The notes under the pieces are model-generated. The model was given only the letters and a program-made list of their open reading frames with translations. It did no database searches and was not told where the DNA came from. DNA of 63,731 nt, the filler included, from Phoronis australis (taxonomy: Eukaryota; Animalia; Phoronida), in NCBI GenBank assembly GCA_002633005.1. It is 8 parts of 8 records of this genome, joined end to end, with 100 filler letters (N's around TTAATTAATTAA, not from the genome) between each part and the next. Parts side by side here need not be neighbours in the genome. Positions count along the whole stretch, not along the records: positions 1 to 18,581 come from NMRA01000005.1; positions 18,682 to 28,511 come from NMRA01001787.1; 6 more parts are not named here. The stretch is one strand, 5' to 3'. Below are positions 12,884 to 23,863 of this stretch, in pieces (within the stretch, counting starts at the first letter, position 1; each line of letters starts with the position of its first letter). The position numbers and the translations under genes were made by a program.

Positions 12884-13788
12884 CACACTTTTTGTTATCA
12901 AAATATCATCACCCTTCTCATACTTGTTCAGTTGAAACAGCTTGGTGTTTCAAGATGACCAATATGTGATCTTGAGATCACGCTTAATTTCAAGTTCAAG
13001 CACAAAAATGTCTAAAAGCTAATTAAAGCGTCATTAGACCATGTCATAACCCAAGCTTTGGTTTGGTCCACTTACCGTTTGTCTCATATCGTTCTGTACT
13101 CAGTTTAGATATCTGGGATCGAAAACAACTGACACAGTTCGTAATTTGTTGGAAACAGGCCAATAAATTTTCAAGTCACACCGCCATGAGGTTAAGTGAT
13201 CTTGTTTTGAAGAAATGACGAACAATTGATTCTCTTGCAGCCCTGAAATCACCTACATGTAGTTTCAATTTGACCAAGGGGCAGTTTGAGACCTATTTTC
13301 TAAGACCAAGTAGCATGTATCAGCTTTTGTTGTTTTGACATCAATGGTTTAATAAACCTTTAAATATCGGCAAATGGGAGAATGGACATAATGATAATCC
13401 CTTATTCTGAAGTAAGTAAAGGTGCATATCGAATAAAGCGAACACAACTATAAGAAAACGAACAGGAAATGCGCGAACGACGATTCCCAATATCTCAGTG
13501 ACTCAGTATTCGCATAGTTCGTAAAAGTTTAGCGAGAACACGCTTACAGTTCAGCCTATTCCTTAATGTGGTTTGTGCGCCATTTTGTTGTACAAGTCGG
13601 TCTGACTTTTAATATGTACATGCTAACGTTGTACGGAAAACGACAAATATTGAACCGAAAGATCGCATGTTGGACCATTGCACCAAGAATTTACTTCGTC
13701 CTGTCTCCAAAGGAACGGCGACATCGTGAAAATTCTTTGCTCTGATTTCAGCTAACCCAAAATTGAAAAAATCGGTTGTCGTACTTAC

Positions 13789-14070
13789 CTATTTTAGTTT
13801 TTGCATTTGTAATGGTGTTAGTCGACACTGTTGTAAGACCTGGCTTCATAGCTGAAATATGAAGGCTGTAGAAAGTTCCCGGCGTTAGTTCTCTACACGT
13901 AGCTGAGAGCTCCGTGGCAGACGCAAACACGATTCTGTCCGCGCTGTTAATATCATTGGAGAAACAGTTCACCGCGTATTTCTCAAAGTATCCAGAGGCC
14001 GCTTGCCACGACACAGCCAAAGACCAAGGAGTCGGCTTCTCTATGTATAAGTTGGGCACAGGCTCCAAGC
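13789..14070 (-). CDS. Fibronectin type III exon 2
   Basis: Acceptor CTCTCAAG and donor GTAAGT, 282 bp, phase 1-1. PTPWSLAVSW...YAVNC...CRELTPGTFYSLHI. Confidence 0.85.
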
Positions 14071-14401
14071 CTTGAGAGGAAGAGCATGTCACAATTAAAT
14101 AACAGGAATTTTGTACCCAAGATATCATTAAGCCTACCAAAAAAGTACTAATTAAAGTAAGGGGAGGTGGGAACGGAGGAAGAGGGTCGGATTCATGCTG
14201 GTGGTTATTGTTTGATTCCGTTTCCGACATGCAAATGGCAATTGGGTCTATTGCAATCCATTGCTCTTCTGATATGTCAGTCATCTTTAATGCGGTTAAC
14301 TTTTTCCATTAAAGAATTATTCGAGTTCGTTCAACGATTTGTTAAGGCAATATGCAAGTGCGCGTTACTACAACGAACTCCAGCTGAATGCATGTACTCA
14401 C

Positions 14402-14665
14402 CTAACTGAATCTCGTGTGGTGTTGAACGAGATTGCACACCCGATGCTGCGGCGGCGGATGTTATGATGACACACTTGCATAGAGCACCCGGATGGGGAA
14501 TATTGATGCTCACTTTATTGTCTGTAGTCTGTTTGACAACCTCTGTGTGGAACGTTTTACATTCAATGCTATAACCCTGAGATCTTTGATGACTTACGTG
14601 GTTCCACGTAGCATTGACTGTCGTCCCGTTCAGTGTGTATCTGATGTTGCTCGGAATGTCCGCTC
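14402..14665 (-). CDS. Divergent fibronectin type III exon 1
   Basis: Acceptor CCTCAG and donor GTGAGT, 264 bp, phase 1-1. PSNIRY...TTVNATW...GYSIEC...PGALCKCVI. Confidence 0.75.
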
Positions 14666-15185
14666 CTGAGGAGTAAATCACAAATTACACACAAATGTCA
14701 AGCAGAAATGATAACGTCAGTCAATGGTGAACATTGTACAGTCTAAAACCGTGTTTCCATAAGTGCTGCGTAATATATAATACTTCGTGTTACTACCGAT
14801 GTCCGTATAAAGTGACGCATTTTATAATACAACTCACTAGGTAAAAAGTCACGTGTCCACAGCCAACCGACCGTGCTGACGAATCAAGATAACGTTGAGC
14901 ACGTGTTGCACGTGGATGATGCTGAGAGATCAGAGAATACTGTACGTCGGAAAGGACAAACTTGTCCCCTGCCAAGAGTGGCGGGTAGATAATTGCCTAT
15001 ACTCGTTAAACTGCCTCGGCAGTTTCAATATGAGAAACCCTTGTCTGTGGCATAAAAGCGAAATCCCCTCCGATACGCGTTTTTAAGTGCTTTGTACATT
15101 CGCTTTCAAACAAACGCTGCATGAGTTGAGCATTTATGCTTTAGTTGTTGCGCTCAAACGGAAACATAGTAAAAGTTCATGTCAC

Positions 15186-15210
15186 CATAGACTATAGTCT
15201 ATAATCTATG
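15186..15210. mobile_element. 25-bp P-element-like micro-insertion
   Basis: CATAGACTATAGTCTATAATCTATG flanked by a perfect 7-bp direct repeat ATGTCAC (15179-15185 and 15211-15217). Confidence 0.7.
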
Positions 15211-15949
15211 ATGTCACTAACTCCATTAAAATATGAAAACTATGAAGTTACAATTCGGAAACATTTTTACATCATTGCTGAAGCATTTCAATGCGTTTAG
15301 AAACGCATTACTCTGCACGTGTTATGTGCCAATCGGGAAACAGTCCTTGGCAGAGTACTAGGCAGAAGTAGCATTTAGTTCAATGGCTCACAAAAGATTT
15401 TCGGATATATTTTTGAAGAACTTGATGCGCTGATTCAAATGGGATTTGAGGTCCATATTGTGTCAGGCTTCAGTTTTCCAGAATCTAAAATGACCAATAA
15501 AATGGCGGCCGCATGTGATGATAAGCTAAAGCTCATCATAAGTTTTGGTAATTTCGGAACAGTCTCATTTGTTTTGGTGTGCACATGTAGGTATGAAATA
15601 ATAGACCTAGAGACATAACAAACAAACAAATAAAAACAGTAGCTATATTTCGTGTCTTCATGTCACATCATCAGGCAATGTGTGAAATAAGCAGTGAAAT
15701 ACACGTGACAGCGGGAAGAGGGGCGTACAAGCAGAGAGTGTGAATGCAACACACGGTAGGAAGCCCGAAGCCCTATCAGAACAGAGCCAGCGCGCGGTAC
15801 AAAGACACCTGTGAGCTGTTCATTCAACATAGGTTTTTCGTGATTGATCAACAGCGATTCCATATCTTTAGCCGAAATATGTCATTTTCAACGTAGCGAA
15901 TGATGGTATTGTCTATTATTTCTTGCCTAGTTATTTTTCGCCCATGCTG

Positions 15950-16099
15950 GCGTGCGTTCAGTAACGCTAGGACCTGCGATAGGACATAGCTAAAATCTAG
16001 CCAAAATCACGTGTTCTCATTTGAAATACACGGCAATATCTCACGTAATCTCGCGAAGTCTTGCTTTTTAGCGAAGTCCTAGCGTTACTGAACGGGAGG
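15950..16099. mobile_element. Harbinger-like MITE, short copy
   Basis: Inverted ends CGTTCAGTAACGCTAGGAC / GTCCTAGCGTTACTGAACG, with CTG on both flanks. Copy at 21634-21867. Confidence 0.75.
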
Positions 16100-16235
16100 C
16101 TGGTGTACAAAAGTGATCTTGAATGGACCCCCGGCAAGTACATGGACAACCGTCGCGAGAGAGAACACAACGTGTGTCCAATGTAACGCTGTTCACGAGA
16201 ATGAGGACGAAGACATTCGTCCATATGACATGCGA

Positions 16236-16413
16236 ATTGACCTATCGCCAGAATTTTGAGTGACGGCTTAACTGGCCGTTTAGAACTCATCATTGTTGAC
16301 ACACTTTCGTTTTGCAAGCTGCCATTTTACCCGACAAACCAAACGTTGCCGGGTAAAACTTATCGTTTGTTAGTCGACATTACGCAAGGGGGCAGACCTT
16401 GAGATAGGTCAAT
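16236..16413. mobile_element. MITE of about 180 bp, copy 2
   Basis: TIR ATTGACCTATC / GATAGGTCAAT. Internal sequence homologous to 9195-9380. Confidence 0.75.
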
Positions 16414-17498
16414 ATTGGTAAACAACATTACAATTGGCCACTGGTCGTAGTCTTTCACGACTGGGGTTGTTTGCATAGCTGAGTTGCAGCTGAGAAATTG
16501 GCCGTGATTTCAGGTAGCACTCAAACAAGCCAGATTTCCAAAAACATAGTTGGTTGACATTACTTTTGGACCACATTTTTGGAATTGGTAGGAAATTTGC
16601 TTTCGGAATCTCATGTTGGCTTTATTCGAGCATCGGCAGGGAAGTGGTGATTTTGGGATGAAAAGTGCCGATTTTGCATGTTTTTGCCCTTATTTTTCTT
16701 AGTTCAGCTTGGTTTCTACTGGGAGTGAAAGGGTCAAAAATACAAGAGAGTACAAAGTTTCTGTGCTCACCTGTAGGGCATATGATGCAGTTTTTGACAG
16801 AGTGAAGAAAGGGTGAAGAGTCCATTGACGTGTGTTCTGAGAGGCAAACACCTGTGAGAACTGTTCTGTGCCCCCTAATCGAATCGACTGCCATCTTGTA
16901 ATCTGAGTTTTTTACCTAATGTTTTTCTGCGGGTTGCTTTACAAAACTACACTCTAGGCTAGCCACACGACACTTGTAGGGAACGACCACTCACCAAAAA
17001 AAAACATTAAATCCATTTTGTGTCTCGTGTGTTATTTAGCAAAATTCTGCTAATATCACTAAGTGCGACATTTCTAGTAGCCAGGTCCGAATTTCCGCTG
17101 ATTTTTTCCTAGTGGGTAACAAACCAACCCTAATTAGGATTGGAAGTCCGCACAGCGAAAGTGTAGAATCAAATGCCATGCACTTTGCACTCGAATTGCA
17201 CGTCAAACAGTAACCCGCACGCGTCGAAATTGCGATCGCATGAACACATTTATCTCAAGAAATAATACAGCGAGTGCACGGAAAGAAGCCTTCGAAAGAG
17301 CTTACTCACTCGAAGATTTGACTTTTTACTTTTCGCTTGTCATTCTGCCATTTTCATTTTTAAGTTACCGGTAAGCTCGTACACTAAAGCATTCACTGGG
17401 TTCATTGTCTAGTATTCAGGTCACTACATGACGTCATTAGGTCAAAAACTAAAGGGAGGAGATGGCAGATGATTTGATTCGTTGTTGCTAGAGGAATG

Positions 17499-17747
17499 CA
17501 TGCGCGCACCCAGCCTTCAATATGGAGGGCTCGAATTCCTGACGCTGTGGACCTTTTGGTAACAAAATAACCGGCGGACTAAAAAAAAAACCGGCGCACC
17601 ACTGTGAGTTGCGCGTTTGTTCTTGTTTAGTGGACTTTTGTCGCATTTTCTCAGACTTTTTGTTTCTCAGAGGCGGACCGTTTTGCCCACTTCGCTAAAT
17701 GGGGGCTCATTCGAGCCCCCCAAGCCCCCCCCCCGGGTGCGCGCATG
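17499..17747. mobile_element. MITE with 5-bp TSD (hAT5-like)
   Basis: TIR CATGCGCGCACCC / GGGTGCGCGCATG. Perfect TSD GAATG at 17494-17498 and 17748-17752. Confidence 0.85.
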
Positions 17748-17980
17748 GAATGTATGAAGAGTGGGATTATAACCGGTAAGACTGTTTGCGGTTTTGTAAA
17801 CGCGTCAAGGGAAGTTGACTTGGTCAGTACTAACAAGAATTTTCCTCTCATTCTTTTGGTGATGAAAAGCTCTGGGGTGGAAGTTCAGCTCTGTTTAAGA
17901 GTTAAGTATTGGCTATTTTTCAATGAAGGCGCTTCAGTTCTGTTTAGAGTCACGAGCTGTTTCTTATTGGATAGTGTTAC

Positions 17981-18008
17981 CATAGATTATAGACAACTAT
18001 AGTCTATG
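17981..18008. mobile_element. 28-bp P-element-like micro-insertion
   Basis: CATAGATTATAGACAACTATAGTCTATG flanked by a perfect 7-bp direct repeat GTGTTAC (17974-17980 and 18009-18015). Confidence 0.7.
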
Positions 18009-18090
18009 GTGTTACTAAATTTGGTTAAACGATTGATACTGATATGCGTATCGGCAAGCGATTCAAAATAAAATGTAAGAGAAAGATTAC

Positions 18091-18148
18091 CTGAGACTAA
18101 AATAAGAAACTGTAGAAGGGCAGATAAATAATGAAATACGGTCTCCAT
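18091..18148 (-). CDS. Probable first coding exon (signal peptide) of the FN3-repeat gene
   Basis: ATG-initiated METVFHYLSALLQFLILVS followed by a phase-1 donor G|GTAATC. Splices in frame to the 14402-14665 exon. Confidence 0.65.
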
Positions 18149-18364
18149 ATTGATGGCGCACGTACATTCGTCTTCCACAAATATGATACTATTAAGCCAG
18201 ACGCTGAGATTACTTCTTCTCAATCAGCGTCACGTGCTGTTCACATGCATCTCAATAGCAACATGCACTTATTTGTTCAAGCCAACCTTGAATGGCAGGA
18301 CGTCTTGGGGCCTGATTTGGCGAGCTACAGTTCGTCACTGCGATTCATTTTACTTGGTGACCAG

Positions 18365-18581
18365 GGCCCGGTCTCCAATCTCCGTACTCAGACTCATACT
18401 CATACTCGAGATTTCATACTCAAAATCGTGCTCACTGGAGTCGTACTCAAAAAAGCGTATCTAATGTCGGATTTCGAGTAGACTCCAAACGTACTCAAAT
18501 CTGACACTCATACTCGAGTTGCTATGGAACTCTTTATGATGTGAAATGCAAAATCACGCAAAGCCGCGCTGATTCATCGCT
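18365..18581. mobile_element. Harbinger-type MITE left arm, cut by gap
   Basis: CAG|GGCCCGGTCTCCAATCT, the same TIR as 3067-3467, followed by ACTC-rich subterminal repeats. Confidence 0.7.
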
Positions 18582-18681
18582 NNNNNNNNNNNNNNNNNNN
18601 NNNNNNNNNNNNNNNNNNNNNNNNNTTAATTAATTAANNNNNNNNNNNNNNNNNNNNNNNNNNNNNNNNNNNNNNNNNNNN
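18582..18681. other. Artificial contig spacer; identical spacers at 28512-28611, 32140-32239, 36572-36671, 39103-39202, 52728-52827, 61029-61128
   Basis: 44 N + TTAATTAATTAA (stops in all six frames) + 44 N, seven times. Confidence 0.97.
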
Positions 18682-20554
18682 TTGATTCCCAGTTAGACAA
18701 ATGCTAGATGTGGTGAATCTGTTGGAAGAACAGTCATACACCTGTCCTGTTGATATTATTTTGGCGTTCCTGAACATGATAGTTTACGTAATACTCTACA
18801 ATGATGCACCAAGGTCTTAAAAAGGAAAAAGGTTGGCCTTCAAATATATATTACTAAAATAGTAATACAGTTTAAAGTGCTGCAATACAGTTATTTTGGC
18901 AGGTTTTGCTAATTAGAAGTAAAAATGTGAAATTTTATATTACTTCCAGTACTTGCTCACTGTTGTGGTTTGCTGTTCTGGTGTTAAAATACCAAAACAT
19001 GGGTTTGGCTTGGAGTGCTGTATGAACTTTGAACTCTTTGGCTGTCATAAGTCATAGAAAACACATAAAACACATTTATGGTGAGCTTATGGTGTGAACC
19101 AAATCAGTGTTCTCCACGACTTTTCTGTTTAGTGAGAAATCATAATTCATACGGGATTTTAATGTTCAATCATTATTTTATTGTGTTGTGAGGTCCCTGA
19201 AACTGAAACGTATTTTCCTCGATTGTTTGGGATGTCACTGATTGTGTGAGTTATTCACATTTCCTTGTTCTTTATGCTAACACAGAGACGTTACTGACTC
19301 AATGTTGTGCAGTCTGAAGCAGGTAAAGCATTCAAGTGTATTCTGTGAATAATTATGAGACGTATTTTCTTGGTTGGATGATAATATAGTGACCCACTTA
19401 ATGTCATACCTGATTCTAGAATATCTCGTAATTCATCTTGACCTCATTTGCATTATCGGATCTCCTTGCCGGGTGTAAAACTGTTTCCTGTTAACTGTCT
19501 TACTCTGAGACTCACTCGGTATGATTACGTAGCTTATGAGAGTGGTTACGATCACTGTCAAGTCAAAACCAGTTATTATCACAATTTACATAAGCTCAAC
19601 CGCAATGAAACTCCATGTAACATCTTATACCTCATATGTTTTCTCATACAGCATTGCATTGTCATTGTCATTGTCTCAGGGACAGACATCACTGCTCATT
19701 GGACAGGTCCACAAGTGCTCGGTCCTTCTCTCCAGCAGCCAAGAAAGAGTCACACTGCTGATGGTTCCCATATTGAGCTGGTTAATCCGGTATCTACTTT
19801 CTCCACATAAGGTGGTTCTGATGCCGCTTCCTCTGACAACATGAAGCTCAGTTAGTCTTTCCAGAGTGGTGCTTTCTGAGGGAGCCTCCATCTCCTGGTC
19901 TTTCAGTACCATTGAAACATCCTTCTCGCTCCAAGTGACATCTTCCAAAAGTTAATACAGCATTGCAGTTAGCATGTACTGTGAAGATGCGTTTTCTCCA
20001 CTAACCCTGGTCTTATTCTGTTTGTTTTCTCGTCTTGCTGCGATTGGCGAAGCTTGCTAGGATGGTCTTTTCTTGAAGCTTCTATATACACTATTTTGTG
20101 ACCTGTGAACGAAAAAGATTCAGACTTCGAATAGAATGTCAGGGCTGTCTATTAGTAGCAACCGTAACTGTTTCGTGAAATTACCAACAAATTATTTTTT
20201 AGGATCTCAACATTTTTGAGGCACCCTTGGAGTGCTTGGTGAATCTATTCAATACTACAAGGTGGGAATGTGACTAGAAGATCTTAGTAGTTCATAGACA
20301 GATTTAGGAGGTCCAGGGGACTTGCTCCAGGCATGGCCAAAGGAAAGCGCTGGCATGCTGTTTTTTATGAGTGTCATGGCAATTTGGCCTTTTGAAATTG
20401 TGGTCAGCTCTTTGTGGCAACATCCCAGGCAATCCAGTGATTTTAAGTTTAATTGTGTTTAGTCACTCTTGCAAACATTCTAGATCTTCCAATGTACTGA
20501 AGTTGTGTCCTTCCATATTGCCTCTCCATTAGGCTCATGGATGTGTGCGGAACT

Positions 20555-21036
20555 GTTTATTTGCGAAACTTAGGCGCATGTGCAAATATGCGAACTACTT
20601 GAATAAAAAATGGCCACAAAAAGGCATTATTTCAGATATTAGCTCATGGACCTAAACATGCGACAATATGATAAAAAAAATTTAACACTATTTTACCAAA
20701 TTTCTTGAGAGTATGAACTTCAAAGGTACAGATGCAAACGTAAAAACGCCATTAAGAGACACAGCAATAGTCAAATACTGCAAAGTAAAAACGCAGTTAA
20801 GAGGCACAGTGATTGTCAAATACAGATGCAAACGTAAAAACGCCATCAAGATAGTCAAAAGGGGTGCACCTTTATGCCCATTAATGTATGGGCCTAAGAT
20901 GCGGACATTACCTGGGTTTGTATGCGAAACGTAGGCGCATGCACTTAATAAGTGAACCACTAGGTAAAAAAGATAGCAAAAATCATTATTTTGGATATAT
21001 TATTTTGGTCCTTGGGCCTAAAGGCGCAGCAATATG
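20555..21036. repeat. Direct repeats of about 120 bp flanking a ~46-bp minisatellite (3 copies)
   Basis: TGCGAAAC(T/G)TAGGCGCATG...CATTATTT..GATAT...CCTAAA...CAATATG at about 20555 and 20915. TGCAAA(C)GTAAAAACGC units at 20730-20850. Confidence 0.6.
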
Positions 21037-21267
21037 GCACTGTTTTTTTCCCTTGTAAGGTTGTTGCTTTGTCTTATTTCCATGTATCTGCTGTTGGGAT
21101 GAAGTAGGGCTCTTGAATAATTTTCGGGTATGCTGTTTTATGTGAGTTTGATTGTTCTAGTCTAACCTCTCACCTGTGTCAAGTGGTGAAGAAATGTGCA
21201 CATTTATTGTTACTACTGATAATATAAAAGGAAGTGCATTAAATAGATGATGCTTATTTGACTTCAG

Positions 21268-21373
21268 GCCTTGTGTCGAGCTGTGCAATATCCTGATGTA
21301 TTGGAAACTATGGAAGCGTTGTTTTCTGGTGCTAACATTCTAGCAGCAAGTGAAGTTGAGCAAGGCCTCACAC
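21268..21373 (+). CDS. ARAP: ARAP-family (ArfGAP/RhoGAP/ankyrin/PH) protein, ankyrin exon
   Basis: Acceptor TTCAG and donor GTAAGT. ALCRAVQYPDVLETMEALFSGAN resembles recalled ARAP1 ALCAAVTTTDLAETQALLGCGAG. Confidence 0.75.
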
Positions 21374-21633
21374 GTAAGTAATTTGCATTTTAAAATTCGT
21401 TTCTACGTGTTTTTATTCCGGAGTTGCTTTCATATTTACACAATTGTAACAAGATGTGAGAAAGTGACTGCATTTGAAAGTGTTAAAAGGTGGAAAATTA
21501 TTTTCACCTACTTTGTAAACATTTCCCAGTTCTACAATAGATAATCAAAAAGCATTTGCATGCTGTGTCTTCAGAAGACAGTTTGGACTTTTTCATTTGC
21601 CGTATGAAAAATCCATGGCTCATCAGACATCTG

Positions 21634-21867
21634 GCATGCGTTCAGTAGACGCTAGGACCTACGCTAGGACCTACTCTAGGACTTACGCTAGGACCTACGC
21701 TAGGACCTACGCTAGGACCTACGCTAGGACCTACGCTAGGCCCTAGCTAGGACCTAGCTAAAACCTAGTCAAAGTCATGTGTTCTCATTTAAAATGCACG
21801 GCAATATCTCGCGTAATCTCGCGAAGTCTTGCTTTTTAGTGAGGTCCTAGCGTTACTGAACGGGGGG
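21634..21867. mobile_element. Harbinger-like MITE with expanded 12-bp subterminal repeat
   Basis: Same family as 15950-16099, with CTG flanks. ACGCTAGGACCT repeated about 9 times at 21648-21768. Confidence 0.8.
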
Positions 21868-22605
21868 CTGATATGCCTTCTTATCGCCTTGGCGACAGAC
21901 CTGCGTCCTTACCACAGTGAAGTCACCTGAGTTTAGACTCTGTTGGCCTTATGGCTCATGATATGCTGGAATGTTTTCGGATTTTGTGTCCTAATATTAT
22001 GCTTATTATTGGTAAGATGGGGGATAGGACGCCTTCTTGAATGCTCATTCCAAGTGGCAGATCTGCCTTCTAATCTGGCTGCTGATCTTATTTCCATTTT
22101 TCAGGGATACTTTAAGAATTGTCTTTTAAGTGTTCCATTTTTGCATGAGGGGATGTTAAAGACAGGATTTTTAATTTTTATGGAAAAAACAAATTTTAAA
22201 GTTGCTTAAAGCGAAAACAAAATGGTAATTTAGAAAACTGTGTTTTTGAGATTTCATCTTGAGAATTGACATCATATTATTGATACTGTTGTGCTATCAG
22301 TGTACCTCTCTTTTTGCTAAATTTATTAAAAATGCGTGGTAAAATGACCCAATTATTGGTAGATTGGTGTTAAGATAAAAATGAAATTTCGTAGTCTGTT
22401 TGCCTCAAAACCATATATTTTTACCAAGTTATAATCCATAGTTATGTAGATATTGGGCTAAATATGGGACTTGTTGACAAGGTCCTTCGTAACCGTAAAG
22501 GAAAATGTTCATCATGTTAACCTCATTTTGATTTTGGGCAAAATGTTCTCACAAGACAACTAGCATGTCACGAAAAAGATCACATGTAAACCTCATTGTT
22601 TGCAG

Positions 22606-22715
22606 CTCTTCAATTGGCTGAGAGAGCTGGCCTTCCCCTGCAGGTGGAGCTGCTGAACCAAAATGGAGGTGACACATCCACAGGAACACAACAGCCACTC
22701 AGTCATAGTTACCAG
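22606..22715 (+). CDS. ARAP: ARAP-family protein, ankyrin exon
   Basis: Acceptor TGCAG and donor GTATTG, in frame with the previous exon. TPLQLAERAGLPLQVELLNQN resembles ARAP1 TPLALAEQAGQTLQMEFLRNN. Confidence 0.78.
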
Positions 22716-23197
22716 GTATTGGTGATGTCTAGTGGGGTCTCTATCATCACATTAGCGAGAATTTTGGCAGCTTTTTAATTTTTGTTTTCTCTTCACTGTA
22801 GGACATTTTTAATCATGACATAAAATTACTAAATTGCGCATTTTATAAGGCCAAAAAGCATAGCTTGGCTCTGGTCTGTGAATGTTTTAGAAATTGATAC
22901 TTTCCTTTTTAGTCGTCTTCCCCCCCCAAAAAAAAATGCCTGATATTATAAGTGGTGTGGAATGCTTTGTTTATTCTGGTTAAACCAGCTCCATTGGTGC
23001 AGTGATGTTTGGCTGTACTGGTGTCGACTAGGAGGGGATGCATTTTTGGCAAAAATAATGCGGGCTGATGCTTCTTTAATTAGTGAGATTTAGCTTCGAA
23101 AATTACGCAGACCATAATCAAATACTTGTTGTCATGGATCATTTTTATGATCGCATTCATGTTGTTCTCTGAATTTCTCGCACCTGCGTGTTTTCAG

Positions 23198-23273
23198 AAT
23201 ATTTCAAGTCTGGTCAAGCCCGTCGATATCAGCAAGAAAGGTTGGATGCACAAGACTGGAAGTAACAGAAAAG
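23198..23273 (+). CDS. ARAP: ARAP-family protein, start of PH domain
   Basis: Acceptor TTTCAG, in frame. ISKKGWMHKTGSNRK is a PH beta-1 motif at the position expected after the ARAP ankyrin repeats. Confidence 0.7.
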
Positions 23274-23433
23274 GTGATTATGAATGACGTGTCAATTTGG
23301 TTCTTCACTTAGTTAGTAGTTCCACCAGAATAGATGTTTAGTCATTGTGTGCATATTGGTGTAGGGTTGACCTTCATACTGTCCTCTACAAAAAGTTTCA
23401 ACTCCAAATTGAATATAAATTGACATTTTATCC

Positions 23434-23863
23434 TAGTGCCCGGTTGCATGAAACAGTCCCAAATAGGGACTCGATTAAGTTCCCTAAATCTACTGCATAT
23501 TTGTGGACTTGTGAAAACACTGATTGTCCTTTCTTATGCTGTTTGAGTCTCATTGCTAAGACATTTTTTGGCTTTGATACAGATTGAGAGAAAACTATAA
23601 CTTATAAAGGTGATTTCTAAATATTATTGACAATAAGTACTGAGATCTTTTCAAGCAATGCTCCTAATTTAAGGACTAAGTCCCTAAAATGACTAATTAT
23701 GGGCTCAGTTTTTAGTTAATATTAGAAAATGTCATTAGTCACAAATAAAGATAAAAACGATCGAAAAATGTAACATCTGTGAGTGAAGAAAAAACAAATA
23801 TGCAAAAGATTTAGGAACTTAGTCAAGTCCCTATTTGGAACTGTTTCGTGCAACGGGGCACTA
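23434..23863. mobile_element. MITE with TIR of about 55 bp
   Basis: TAGTGCCCGGTTGCATGAAACAGTCCCAAATAGGGACT... and its inverse ...AGTCCCTATTTGGAACTGTTTCGTGCAACGGGGCACTA. TSD ambiguous. Confidence 0.8.

Noticed and set aside
15435-16894. Alternative first exons for the FN3 gene (ORFs 15435-15629 and 16622-16894)
   Set aside because: Neither combines a convincing hydrophobic signal peptide with a phase-1 donor as well as 18091-18148 does. The 16771-16894 segment has a donor but no signal peptide.
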